Source of the DNA: a virus | Direction: 5' to 3' (one strand) | IMG/VR virus record: IMGVR_UViG_3300046096_000525 | Location: 4,002-68,001 of that record | Length of the DNA stretch: 64,000 nucleotides | Shown: piece after piece, positions 25,975 to 34,691 of the stretch | How the letters are laid out: every line of letters starts with the position of its first letter | Numbering within the stretch: the first letter of the stretch is position 1 | The notes under the pieces: model-generated | Databases searched by the model: none | Told to the model about the DNA's origin: nothing | Seen by the model: only the letters and a program-made list of their open reading frames with translations | Position numbers and translations under genes: made by a program

Positions 25975-26346
25975 ATGGCAAATATAACGGCAGAACAGAG
26001 ATTAGCATTTATTAGACAAGATGTTGCTAGAGTACTAGAGACTTTACCACAGAATGTTTTAAGCACATCTATCGAGGGGTTTGAGGATTTAGGTACAATA
26101 TTAAATAATATTGCAATAGCATCAGATGAGGAAGACAAAGAGCCTTCGCATTGGCTTGTAACTTGGTTTGAAGTGTACAGAAGTGATGAAGAAGAGGGTA
26201 CAGAGACCATTGCCACATTTGATACAAAGAAACAAGCATTGGATTTTATGTATGATTACTCAATGAGATATCCGGAAGTAGAACTAGACTACGATGAGTG
26301 GCAGAGCAGTGCAGACGGAACCGGAAGACAAATTTATAAAAAATAA
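25975..26346 (+). CDS. hypothetical acidic protein (123 aa)
   Basis: ORF track. Confidence 0.5.
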   Translation: MANITAEQRLAFIRQDVARVLETLPQNVLSTSIEGFEDLGTILNNIAIASDEEDKEPSHWLVTWFEVYRSDEEEGTETIATFDTKKQALDFMYDYSMRYPEVELDYDEWQSSADGTGRQIYKK

Positions 26347-26364
26347 ATATTAATAAACAGAACT

Positions 26365-26607
26365 ATGTTAAAAGCAATCAAGAATTTTCACGACAAGTAT
26401 AGTGACAGAATTAGCGTAGTGCTAAAGTTTGCACTAGTATTAAGTTTTACAGGAACAATATTTTTTATATTCAGACCTGACCTTAACAATCACTCAAACG
26501 TAAAGCTACCCGATGAAATTCAATGGCGTAAAGTGGGGGACACTATGGTTATTAAAAAGATTACTAGCGATAGTATTCATGTAGAGTTTATTCATCCCGA
26601 AAAATAG
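26365..26607 (+). CDS. hypothetical membrane protein (80 aa, one TM)
   Basis: ORF track; hydrophobic stretch VVLKFALVLSFTGTIFFIF. Confidence 0.45.
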   Translation: MLKAIKNFHDKYSDRISVVLKFALVLSFTGTIFFIFRPDLNNHSNVKLPDEIQWRKVGDTMVIKKITSDSIHVEFIHPEK

Positions 26608-26611
26608 TATT

Positions 26612-26842
26612 ATGGCAAAATATATAGTAGAACTACACCCTAGAATAACTCCTTTAGCTATGTTGGCTATATCAGCAGAGGTAGGTAGTGTTATGAAATC
26701 AGTAGAGGATAGTACTGAACAATATGAAATAGATATTTGTATAGTACAATTATCTCAGTACAACCAAGGCAATGTTTTTTATGAAGACATTAAATTATTA
26801 GAGAATTTGAGGGAAGAGAGAGTTGATGCAATAGAATTTTAA
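26612..26842 (+). CDS. hypothetical protein (76 aa)
   Basis: ORF track. Confidence 0.45.
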   Translation: MAKYIVELHPRITPLAMLAISAEVGSVMKSVEDSTEQYEIDICIVQLSQYNQGNVFYEDIKLLENLREERVDAIEF

Positions 26843-27006
26843 TGAACTATATTGTCTTTGAGTTTAATATTAAGACCAACACTTTTGGTAAGGTTATTAA
26901 GAGAGGTTTAACAAGAGATAAAGCCAAATCCCTAGTAGCAGAACTAGGGGTTGGGTACTCTTATGGGGAGAAAAATAGAATGTTAGCAGATTTTAATTTA
27001 AAATAA
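26842..27006 (+). CDS. small hypothetical protein (54 aa)
   Basis: Own read: ATG 26842 overlaps previous stop (TAATG); below ORF-track cutoff. Confidence 0.3.
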   Translation: MNYIVFEFNIKTNTFGKVIKRGLTRDKAKSLVAELGVGYSYGEKNRMLADFNLK

Positions 27007-27017
27007 GTTAAAAAAAG

Positions 27018-27049
27018 TTTGCACAATTAAAAATTAAGTAATATCTTTG
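27018..27049 (+). promoter_or_regulatory. sigma-A-type promoter TTTG(27018-27021)-N20-TATCTTTG(27042-27049)
   Basis: Consensus match upstream of ATG 27073. Confidence 0.55.
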
Positions 27050-27072
27050 CGTAGAATTTAACAAGATAACAA

Positions 27073-27297
27073 ATGGATATAAGAATAAACATAGTAGAAG
27101 TAGCATCAGAATTAGCTGATAAAGATTTAATATCTTCTTACGGAGATGTTGGGGGAAGAAATATGTTTCCCAATGGTATTGTATCAGACCTTGAGGATGG
27201 AACCTCTTACACAGAAGAGGCACAAGATTACTTCAATGCAAGATACGATTTTTGGTGGGACTTTTTGTATGACTTAAAAGTTTCAGAGTTTGAGTAG
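27073..27297 (+). CDS. hypothetical acidic protein (74 aa)
   Basis: ORF track. Confidence 0.45.
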   Translation: MDIRINIVEVASELADKDLISSYGDVGGRNMFPNGIVSDLEDGTSYTEEAQDYFNARYDFWWDFLYDLKVSEFE

Positions 27298-27511
27298 TAC
27301 TATTATTATATCTTTAAGAGAAGTAGAGGACTTACTTAAAGATGACTCCAGATGCAGCCCAGAACTAGCAGAAGAGATTGTAAAAAGTCTAGTAGAGATA
27401 GACAGTAAAGAAGATAGAAATTGGGTCTTCACTTCAGTAGAAGATAAGTACTATATTGATGAGTACAACAATTACAAAGATTTAGTAAAAACTATAAAAT
27501 TTAAAGTATAA
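27290..27511 (+). CDS. hypothetical protein (73 aa)
   Basis: ORF track. Confidence 0.45.
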   Translation: MSSTIIISLREVEDLLKDDSRCSPELAEEIVKSLVEIDSKEDRNWVFTSVEDKYYIDEYNNYKDLVKTIKFKV

Positions 27512-27657
27512 TGGCAAATAATTCAAACGTGGTAGAAATAGAGATTACCCTTAACACAGGGTTCAACATGTTTCTAAACCCAAACACAATAGTACTGAAG
27601 TTCAAGATAGAGGAGGAGAAGGCTAAAAGAAAGTACACAAAGAGAAAGGTTAAGTAA
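27511..27657 (+). CDS. small hypothetical basic protein (48 aa)
   Basis: Own read: ATG overlaps previous stop (TAATG). Confidence 0.3.
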   Translation: MANNSNVVEIEITLNTGFNMFLNPNTIVLKFKIEEEKAKRKYTKRKVK

Positions 27658-27973
27658 TATGATAGTATGGTTTTTATTCCTAGCATTGTCAATATATACG
27701 TTAAACAAAATAAAAAAATAACACTATGCCTTTAATAGTAATATCGTTAATAATTTTTGCATATTCGTACTCACAAACTTCAAAATAGTTTGTGTGAATA
27801 AAGATACATTTGAGTCCTAATGTAGAAATATAATCTTTATAAACCCTATAACGTAGGCCGTTGTTATGGTCGTATCCCTATGCTTTACTTTAGGATAAGT
27901 TTTTCATATAAGCATAAATAACAATATGGGTGGCAGTTCGGAGAGACGAACTTAATTTAAAAAAACAAATAAT

Positions 27974-28213
27974 ATGTCAATAGGAGAGTCAAAATTACAG
28001 CTTATACTACTTTTAGTAGTTATTACAATCATTTGGATTGCTTACGAGATTTACCTTTTACCTAAGGGGAGATATACAATAGAAACTGACTTTGCATCTT
28101 GGAAGACAGATGCCTATACAATCACAGATGATGGAATAGTTTTTAAAACGCACTTGGGAGAAGAGATAGAGATCCGTAGTAGATACACCATAAAAGATTC
28201 AGAGGATAGATGA
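27974..28213 (+). CDS. hypothetical membrane protein (79 aa, N-terminal TM)
   Basis: ORF track; LQLILLLVVITIIWIAYEIYLL. Confidence 0.45.
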   Translation: MSIGESKLQLILLLVVITIIWIAYEIYLLPKGRYTIETDFASWKTDAYTITDDGIVFKTHLGEEIEIRSRYTIKDSEDR

Positions 28214-28356
28214 AAGTAATCTATATGGAGCAGACTTTGCAGTTTATCGCCAAAACAAAGGGGGTTGAACAAGCAAAAAAGATAGAGAAACTAGGTACAA
28301 TAGAGTACCTTGAAGATGTACCTTATTTGGTAATAGTGGTAGACGAAGAAAAATAA
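28210..28356 (+). CDS. small hypothetical protein (48 aa)
   Basis: Own read: ATGA start/stop overlap with previous ORF. Confidence 0.3.
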   Translation: MKVIYMEQTLQFIAKTKGVEQAKKIEKLGTIEYLEDVPYLVIVVDEEK

Positions 28357-28391
28357 ATCAAGAAAATGTTGTGGGGTTAATAAATTAGTAT

Positions 28392-28399
28392 TATCTTTG
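28392..28399 (+). promoter_or_regulatory. -7 box TATCTTTG
   Basis: Consensus match 27 nt upstream of ATG 28426. Confidence 0.45.
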
Positions 28400-28425
28400 C
28401 ACATATAAATCAAAACAAATAGATT

Positions 28426-28788
28426 ATGAGCATTTTTAAAACAAAACTCGTACTTACTGAGCAAGAAGAAAATCTAGTAAGTGTAGTAAAAAGCATGCTT
28501 TCAAGAGAAGACTGCCTTATCGAGATTAACCCTGAGAATATGGACTACCTTATCTCAATAGAGTCCTTGCAGTACTTCTTACTAGTAGATGGCAATGGTT
28601 TGCAATTATCTAACCACACTTTCTTCGTGGCAAGGAGGATGAGAGAAAAAGTCTTGGATAAGATAAAAGACCTTATCAAGGAAGAGACAGCAATGAGAAG
28701 AAGGGCCAAGATAGAGGGTATCTTCAGTAACGAATTAGATTTATTAACAAGAATTAACAACACAATAGGAGATGTCAGTAGCAAATAG
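28426..28788 (+). CDS. hypothetical protein (120 aa)
   Basis: ORF track. Confidence 0.5.
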   Translation: MSIFKTKLVLTEQEENLVSVVKSMLSREDCLIEINPENMDYLISIESLQYFLLVDGNGLQLSNHTFFVARRMREKVLDKIKDLIKEETAMRRRAKIEGIFSNELDLLTRINNTIGDVSSK

Positions 28789-29266
28789 TATACTTAAAGT
28801 ATCGGATCTAGTAAAGTTTAGTGAGAAAGATTACCTAGAGACTAAGAAAACTCTAGGGGTTATGGATGAAATGGTGCGAGAGTATGTTAGGGGTACAGAA
28901 AGCCTAGATGCACTTGAAGACCTAAAGAGAAGATTCAATGGGTACCTAGTTTACCTAGCCGGATATTATAGTAAGATTAGATGTTTCCGTGAGAACTTTG
29001 AGTTCTTGGAGGCACAGAGAAAGCGTATCAAGAGTGAGGCTATTGAGTATCTTATAAAGCATAGCGAAGAAAAGATATCACAATCAGCAGCAGAGAAAGT
29101 TGTGTACTCACATCCTTATTATATTGAGCGTATCACTTTGATAGAGCAGTTAAAGAGGTTCTTCTACCTAGTAGATTTATCTTATCAGAATTATCAAGAT
29201 GTACAAAGAAGTATTTATCAATCAATATCTGTCTTAGCAAAAGAGAGACATTCAACAATCAGTTAG
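28772..29266 (+). CDS. hypothetical protein (164 aa)
   Basis: ORF track. Confidence 0.5.
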   Translation: MSVANSILKVSDLVKFSEKDYLETKKTLGVMDEMVREYVRGTESLDALEDLKRRFNGYLVYLAGYYSKIRCFRENFEFLEAQRKRIKSEAIEYLIKHSEEKISQSAAEKVVYSHPYYIERITLIEQLKRFFYLVDLSYQNYQDVQRSIYQSISVLAKERHSTIS

Positions 29267-29267
29267 T

Positions 29268-29447
29268 ATGAGAACATCAGTACAACAAGACAAAGATTTT
29301 ATATCGGGAGTAGTACCCTCTTCATTACTAGAAGACTCAATAGATTATATCACAGCAAATTTTGAAGCTGAGGAGGTTTACGGTTTAGACTATATGATAG
29401 AGTGGGCAAAAAACTGGACTGAAGAAAATGGATACACAGAGGAGTAA
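29268..29447 (+). CDS. small hypothetical acidic protein (59 aa)
   Basis: Own read: ATG 2 nt after previous stop; just under track cutoff. Confidence 0.35.
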   Translation: MRTSVQQDKDFISGVVPSSLLEDSIDYITANFEAEEVYGLDYMIEWAKNWTEENGYTEE

Positions 29448-29468
29448 ATAAACTATAAAAAAGGTGGA

Positions 29469-30284
29469 GTGAATAATTTTAGGAAACAAGTAGGAGCAGA
29501 TTCAATATATGTAGTGTCTTTAGCTAGGTTAACTAAAAGAAGAGAGCGAGTAAAGTTACTAGAGGAACAGCTAGATTGTGGTATTAATATAGTGGAGGCT
29601 TATGACCATGTAGATTATGAAAATGACTTAGACTTTATAGATAAACATCTATCAGATAAGTTTTTTGATCCGGCAGGTTATATAACACTAGGAGTATTAT
29701 GTTGTGCATTATCTCACAGAAAGGCTTGGAAACATTTTTTAGATTCAAAGGAGGAAGTAGGCTTATTTTTAGAGGATGATGTGTTTATCACAGACAATAT
29801 TAAAAAATACAACTTTGAAGAAATAAGAGCAGAGCTAGACAATTTAGATTGGGGTATTTGTTGGTATGGAAAGTACGCAGATGATATAGCTACTAGTAGA
29901 ATGTTGACAAGTAATATAGCAGAGCCGGTTCCACATTTCCCTCAGCAGTATGCCGCACACTCTTATTTACTTACAAGACAAAGTGCAAAGTGGCTCTATA
30001 AAAACACATCTAAGATTAAGTATGCAGCAGATGTACAATTAGAGATAATGCCTTTTAATCAAGTCTGTTTAACTAAGTCTATATTCAAGCAGTTTAAAAA
30101 TGAAGATAGGGTACCAACACTAAGCGAAGAGTTAACTATAAGTAATACCTTTTCTGAGTGGGATGAAGTAACGAGTTCTATTGTTAGAATACCTGAGAAC
30201 TTTATTAAAATGAAGTACTACCCTAAGAAGGTTATACACAATACAAGTATAGTTAATGGTTGGCAATTTGAAAAAATTAGATAA
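29469..30284 (+). CDS. glycosyltransferase family 25-like (LPS/glycan beta-glycosyltransferase type)
   Basis: N-terminal IYVVSLARLTKRRERV...EAYD resembles GT25 IYVINLxRSxxRR signature; DD acidic motif mid-protein. Confidence 0.65.
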   Translation: MNNFRKQVGADSIYVVSLARLTKRRERVKLLEEQLDCGINIVEAYDHVDYENDLDFIDKHLSDKFFDPAGYITLGVLCCALSHRKAWKHFLDSKEEVGLFLEDDVFITDNIKKYNFEEIRAELDNLDWGICWYGKYADDIATSRMLTSNIAEPVPHFPQQYAAHSYLLTRQSAKWLYKNTSKIKYAADVQLEIMPFNQVCLTKSIFKQFKNEDRVPTLSEELTISNTFSEWDEVTSSIVRIPENFIKMKYYPKKVIHNTSIVNGWQFEKIR

Positions 30285-30289
30285 GATTT

Positions 30290-30865
30290 ATGGAATATGA
30301 AATACAAGTACTATCTTTACAAAAGGACAAGGATAGAAGACAGCATACAAAAGAGGTAATGGATTCCCTAGGGTTGAATTATACTTTTTTTAATGCAGTT
30401 AAGCCTAGGGAAGTCACAAAAGACATGGAAGAAAGTTTGTTCAGTAAGGTAGACTATTACGACTGGGACATAGATCAGAAAGCCGTTATGGCTACGTTTG
30501 TCTCCCACTTAGCTTTACTTCATCTATCGTATAGTACTAAGTGTAACATGCTAGTATTAGAGGATGACATAGAATTAAGCGATTATGATTTTGATCTAAC
30601 TAATATAGATTTTACAACCTTTGATGTATTCAATTTAGGAACACAGATAAGCTGCTACGCATATTTTTTATCATGGCAAGGAGCAGGTAAGGTATTGGAT
30701 ATCCTCTTAAACAAAGAGATTATAAAAGCCTACGATTGGGAGTTGTGCGAGTTAGGATTACAAAATAAAATAAAGTACAAGACAACATCAAAACCTGTAT
30801 GGAAACAAGTAGATACATTCAAATCTAATATAGCACCAAATGGGTATAAACTTAAAAACAAATAA
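30290..30865 (+). CDS. second GT25-like glycosyltransferase (shorter paralogue)
   Basis: IQVLSLQKDKDRRQHTKEVMDSLGLNYTFFNAV parallels GT25 N-terminal signature; LEDDIE acidic motif. Confidence 0.5.
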   Translation: MEYEIQVLSLQKDKDRRQHTKEVMDSLGLNYTFFNAVKPREVTKDMEESLFSKVDYYDWDIDQKAVMATFVSHLALLHLSYSTKCNMLVLEDDIELSDYDFDLTNIDFTTFDVFNLGTQISCYAYFLSWQGAGKVLDILLNKEIIKAYDWELCELGLQNKIKYKTTSKPVWKQVDTFKSNIAPNGYKLKNK

Positions 30866-30868
30866 GGT

Positions 30869-31081
30869 ATGAAAAAGTACCCCCACGAATTAGAATTTAT
30901 TTCTAGAATAAGAAGAGATGGTTCTGGAACTGAAAAAATTACAGAGGAAGATTTAAAGCACTTTGAAGAAAATAAATTTGCCAAAGAGGATCTTTATGAA
31001 ATTAATGTACTATCTATGTCAGAGAAAACATTCATAGCAAGCGGCTTTAATTCTTATGTAGTTAAAATAAAACAAATATAA
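30869..31081 (+). CDS. hypothetical protein (70 aa)
   Basis: ORF track. Confidence 0.4.
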   Translation: MKKYPHELEFISRIRRDGSGTEKITEEDLKHFEENKFAKEDLYEINVLSMSEKTFIASGFNSYVVKIKQI

Positions 31082-31093
31082 AAGTTAAGAAAA

Positions 31094-31324
31094 ATGACAA
31101 CACAAGATTTAGAGTTGACACAAGATTTAGAGAACTACAATAATGCTAAAGAGGCTATCGTAAAGGCTTTAGCTAGGGAGGGGTTCCTTACAGAGGAGCA
31201 AGTAGAAAAAATAAATACAAACTATGCCATAGTGCTAGTCAAGAACAATTGGCTAGGGCAAGCGATAGGTAAATTATTAGGTAAGAAAGATGTACAATAT
31301 ATTAAATTAATGAAAGTAGTATAA
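31094..31324 (+). CDS. hypothetical protein (76 aa)
   Basis: ORF track. Confidence 0.4.
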   Translation: MTTQDLELTQDLENYNNAKEAIVKALAREGFLTEEQVEKINTNYAIVLVKNNWLGQAIGKLLGKKDVQYIKLMKVV

Positions 31325-31327
31325 ATT

Positions 31328-31642
31328 ATGCAAGAAAAATTAAAGCAAAAATTTGCACAGAAAATGTTGGATGAGAAATTAGATTTCTTACCACTAGAAG
31401 AGTCTCTACAATTAGTAGATGCTGATATTAACTTAGACACACGCTTTTCGTGGGTATGCAGAACAGAAGAGCTTGAAGATAACGGAGAGTATATGACAAC
31501 AAAAGAATTACTATCTTCTCTTGAAGAGATTTATGGCGAGCCTGATGATTATCATTTAACAATTGGTAAACCTTACGATGAGTATGATGAGTTTACTTTA
31601 GAACTTGCTCCGGCACCAACTTATATTGATTTAATTAAATAA
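31328..31642 (+). CDS. hypothetical acidic protein (104 aa)
   Basis: ORF track. Confidence 0.45.
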   Translation: MQEKLKQKFAQKMLDEKLDFLPLEESLQLVDADINLDTRFSWVCRTEELEDNGEYMTTKELLSSLEEIYGEPDDYHLTIGKPYDEYDEFTLELAPAPTYIDLIK

Positions 31643-31645
31643 GCT

Positions 31646-31801
31646 ATGGGATCAGTGTTATTACAATTTACTTTGATGGGAGTAAACCTATATGGGGCAA
31701 AAAAACAAAAAGAAAACGGAAACAACCCAGCACCTAGTTATTTCGTAGCAGGGATGACTTTTGGTTTAGGCTTGTACAAACTATTAACTTTAATTTTATA
31801 A
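31646..31801 (+). CDS. small hydrophobic protein (51 aa)
   Basis: Own read; two hydrophobic segments; below track cutoff. Confidence 0.3.
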   Translation: MGSVLLQFTLMGVNLYGAKKQKENGNNPAPSYFVAGMTFGLGLYKLLTLIL

Positions 31802-31811
31802 AGAATAGGCT

Positions 31812-32000
31812 ATGAGAATAAAATTAGAGGCAATAATAGAGATAGAAGATGACATGTGGTATAGTCATGCTGACAAAGAAGAGTACGAGTGGTTTATCTC
31901 ACTACTCGAAGATAAAGAGAGTACAAGGCTTACCCTCCATAATGATGAAGTAGGAGACTCAATAGGAGAAACAAGTGATTTTAAATACGAAATACTATAA
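31812..32000 (+). CDS. hypothetical acidic protein (62 aa)
   Basis: ORF track. Confidence 0.4.
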   Translation: MRIKLEAIIEIEDDMWYSHADKEEYEWFISLLEDKESTRLTLHNDEVGDSIGETSDFKYEIL

Positions 32001-32002
32001 AG

Positions 32003-32383
32003 GTGAAGAAGTTATTATTTATTATATTGTTGATTTTTACAATAACAACAGGTTATTCACAACAGCAATTTAGAGAGAAGTACTCAGAGTTAGTGCTTAT
32101 TAACAAAGGAGAAGTTACTAGAGACAATGGAGAGAATACTATTTTCTATAACTATGCAAACACTTCCTCTATAAAAGTGTACTTACACAAAGGATCAGTT
32201 ATGTACTTTGATTTGATAAGTAGTGTAGAGAGAGGTGCAACAGAGGGGGGAATGACATATTCAACGGCTTTGTACAAAGAAAGAGATACTAAGTTCCTTG
32301 TAAGAGTTCAACTTTTTGATGAGGATCAGTACGGAGTAAGGTTTGTTTTCAGCAAAGATAAATCTTTACAATTTATACCTTAA
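32003..32383 (+). CDS. hypothetical secreted protein (N-terminal signal peptide)
   Basis: MKKLLFIILLIFTITTGYSQ signal-like N-terminus. Confidence 0.5.
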   Translation: MKKLLFIILLIFTITTGYSQQQFREKYSELVLINKGEVTRDNGENTIFYNYANTSSIKVYLHKGSVMYFDLISSVERGATEGGMTYSTALYKERDTKFLVRVQLFDEDQYGVRFVFSKDKSLQFIP

Positions 32384-32400
32384 AAAAATATTAAAAAAAG

Positions 32401-32432
32401 CTTGCAGTATTAAAAAACATTTTGTAAATTTG
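32401..32432 (+). promoter_or_regulatory. sigma-A-type promoter CTTG(32401-32404)-N20-TAAATTTG(32425-32432)
   Basis: Consensus match upstream of ATG 32459. Confidence 0.55.
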
Positions 32433-32458
32433 CAGACAATTTAAAAAACAGAAAATAT

Positions 32459-33538
32459 ATGAAACTATTAAGAGACATTCCTACTAAACATTTTGTAGGT
32501 ATCGACATTGAAACAGTACGTATCGTAGAGAAGTATGAAGACTTATCTCCGGAATGGCAATCAGCATGGGAGTACAAGAACAAACAAGCAGGAGAAGTAC
32601 CTTTCTTCGAGGAGTTAGCAGACTCTTGGGAAAAGATGGCATCTTTATATGCAGAGTTCAGTAAAGTTTGTGCAGTCAGTCTTGTATTTATGATCGGGGA
32701 CGACAAAGCTAAGTACAAAGAGTTTTACGGAGAAGACGAAGCAGCTTTGCTTACAGACCTTAGAAACTTCTTGCAGAGAATGTCAGATGGTGCAGATGGT
32801 AAAAACTACAGATTACTAGGGCATGCTGCTAAGTACTTTGATTACCCTTTCTTATGCAAGAGATTTGTAATCAACGGCATTCAAATACCGGTATTGTTAG
32901 ACACAGCACACCAAAAACCTTGGGAAAGCAGAAACATGTGTACCAATGCAGACATTTGGAAGATGGGTGGCTCTGGTGCCGGAAGCTCTTTACAAGCATT
33001 GTGTACTGCTTTAAATATCCCAATTAGTAAAGTAGACTTAGTTGGAGATGAAGTAGGTAATGCTTATTACAGAGGAGAAGTAGAAAGAATTGCTAAGTAT
33101 TGTACACTAGATACTATTGCTACATTCAATGTAGTTCGTAGGATCAAGGGAGAGAGAGTATTTCAGTTTGATGAGGTAACTGCTGTAAAAGAAAGCACTG
33201 CACCAAAAGAAGAAGTAAAGTTAGTTCCTAAGAAAAACACTATTGCTAAGGCAGTAGACACTAAAGTAGAAGAGGTTGACACAAGGGAGCCGGAAGATAT
33301 CTTATTTGAGAAGTTGCCTATACTACACAAGTTAGTTAATGCAACAGAGATTCTCCCTGAGACTAAGCAAGAACTTACAGATTTGTTGAAGAAGAAAAAG
33401 TTAACTAAAAAAGATAGAACTATTGTAGAAGATATCTTAGTTAATTTGTATATCAACACAGAGATGTTCAAGTCAGACAACCCTCTACAACAAGAAGTAA
33501 AGAAAGCAGAGATCACAGAACTTTTAAATAAAATATAA
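32459..33538 (+). CDS. predicted 3'-5' exonuclease (DEDD / PolB-exonuclease-like) with K/E-rich C-terminal tail
   Basis: GIDIET (Exo I D-x-E), HAAKYFDYPFL (Exo II-like), YCTLD (Exo III-like Y-x3-D). Confidence 0.45.
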   Translation: MKLLRDIPTKHFVGIDIETVRIVEKYEDLSPEWQSAWEYKNKQAGEVPFFEELADSWEKMASLYAEFSKVCAVSLVFMIGDDKAKYKEFYGEDEAALLTDLRNFLQRMSDGADGKNYRLLGHAAKYFDYPFLCKRFVINGIQIPVLLDTAHQKPWESRNMCTNADIWKMGGSGAGSSLQALCTALNIPISKVDLVGDEVGNAYYRGEVERIAKYCTLDTIATFNVVRRIKGERVFQFDEVTAVKESTAPKEEVKLVPKKNTIAKAVDTKVEEVDTREPEDILFEKLPILHKLVNATEILPETKQELTDLLKKKKLTKKDRTIVEDILVNLYINTEMFKSDNPLQQEVKKAEITELLNKI

Positions 33539-34233
33539 TGGCAGAAGTAAAAATGCTAGACTTACCAAAAGTCTATGAGAATGAGGGGGGTAAATACCCC
33601 CAACATGTTGGGAAACCAAAACTAAGTTATTCAGCATACAATTCCTTTAACGAAGAAGCATACAAGGGAGAGTTTTTTGCTAATTATTTTTTAGGTATCC
33701 GAGGCGAAGGTAACATCTTTACAGAGTACGGAGGTAAATGTGGTGTATTGTTTGAAACAAACACTGAGACATCCGATCTTTCTGACTTTGATGTAGATAC
33801 TATCCGTAGCATAGAAAGGCCTGCAAATGCCTTGTATGAGGTTGAGATCGTAGTAGACAGAGGTTCTTATGTTATCCAAGGGTTTATAGATAGGGAATAT
33901 CTAGATGTTGAGGGTAATCTTGTGATTGATGATTTAAAAACCGGTGCCATTAAGACTAAGAAAGCTTTCTACGGAGGAGATGAGTACCAACAGACAACTT
34001 TGTATGCTTATCAAAGAGAATTAGAGGGAGAGCATATTGCATATTCGGGGGTTATTTTATTAGATAGGAAAGGTAATGGTCAAGAAAAGTATCCGTTAAG
34101 GTTAACCGGAGATATTGAGCGTATTCCTACACCTTATTCTAAGAAAAGAGCAGAGGCTTTCTTAAAATCTTTTGATAAGACTGCAAAGAAAATTGAGGAG
34201 TACCATAAAATTTATAAAAAATATTTTGGATAA
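33538..34233 (+). CDS. PD-(D/E)XK nuclease (RecB/Cas4/YqaJ-like recombination exonuclease)
   Basis: VIDDLKTGA (D-x-K core) and YQQTTLYAY (QxxxY) motifs; no Cys cluster. Confidence 0.5.
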   Translation: MAEVKMLDLPKVYENEGGKYPQHVGKPKLSYSAYNSFNEEAYKGEFFANYFLGIRGEGNIFTEYGGKCGVLFETNTETSDLSDFDVDTIRSIERPANALYEVEIVVDRGSYVIQGFIDREYLDVEGNLVIDDLKTGAIKTKKAFYGGDEYQQTTLYAYQRELEGEHIAYSGVILLDRKGNGQEKYPLRLTGDIERIPTPYSKKRAEAFLKSFDKTAKKIEEYHKIYKKYFG

Positions 34234-34235
34234 TA

Positions 34236-34267
34236 CTTGCAAGATTAAAATATAGGTTGTATCTTTG
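34236..34267 (+). promoter_or_regulatory. sigma-A-type promoter CTTG(34236-34239)-N20-TATCTTTG(34260-34267) driving a ~260-nt leader
   Basis: Consensus match; no ORF over 20 codons until ATG 34534. Confidence 0.5.
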
Positions 34268-34533
34268 CAGAAGAAATAATAACACATAGAAAGACAAACA
34301 AGTAATTGACTGATAAGTATAGATAGGATATGTATAAGCCTGTGAGCTTTGCGACTTGGGCACTAATCCCGCTATTGATTTAAAACATAACAGAGTTACA
34401 ACACTATCAAGAGGTGTTATGTTTGTTGAGTATGGTAATTACTCGTAGGGCTCCCTATAAATATATGGATGAGGTGGAGCACCATAAAGTTATCCCAATC
34501 TTGATGGATGTGTTATTTTAATAAATTAAAAGT

Positions 34534-34689
34534 ATGGTAAATAAAGTAGCAGGAGTAATTCTCCTAGTTTTCGGATGGTTATTCGGGACATTTTGGATTT
34601 TTAATCACATCAATGCTTGGGCTGGAATTGCAGTTGGTGTGTTAGGTTTAATAATTTCAGCAAATCAAATTAATAAAAAATTAAAGTAA
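34534..34689 (+). CDS. small membrane protein (51 aa, two TM)
   Basis: Own read; LLVFGWLFGTFWIF and GIAVGVLGLII hydrophobic segments; 2 nt before SPFH gene. Confidence 0.3.
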   Translation: MVNKVAGVILLVFGWLFGTFWIFNHINAWAGIAVGVLGLIISANQINKKLK

Positions 34690-34691
34690 AG

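Noticed and set aside
27660-27973. 300-bp non-coding gap with hairpin AGTTCG-GAGAGA-CGAACT (27934-27951) as a separate ncRNA
   Set aside because: No promoter consensus upstream and only one modest hairpin. Insufficient evidence beyond being an intergenic spacer.
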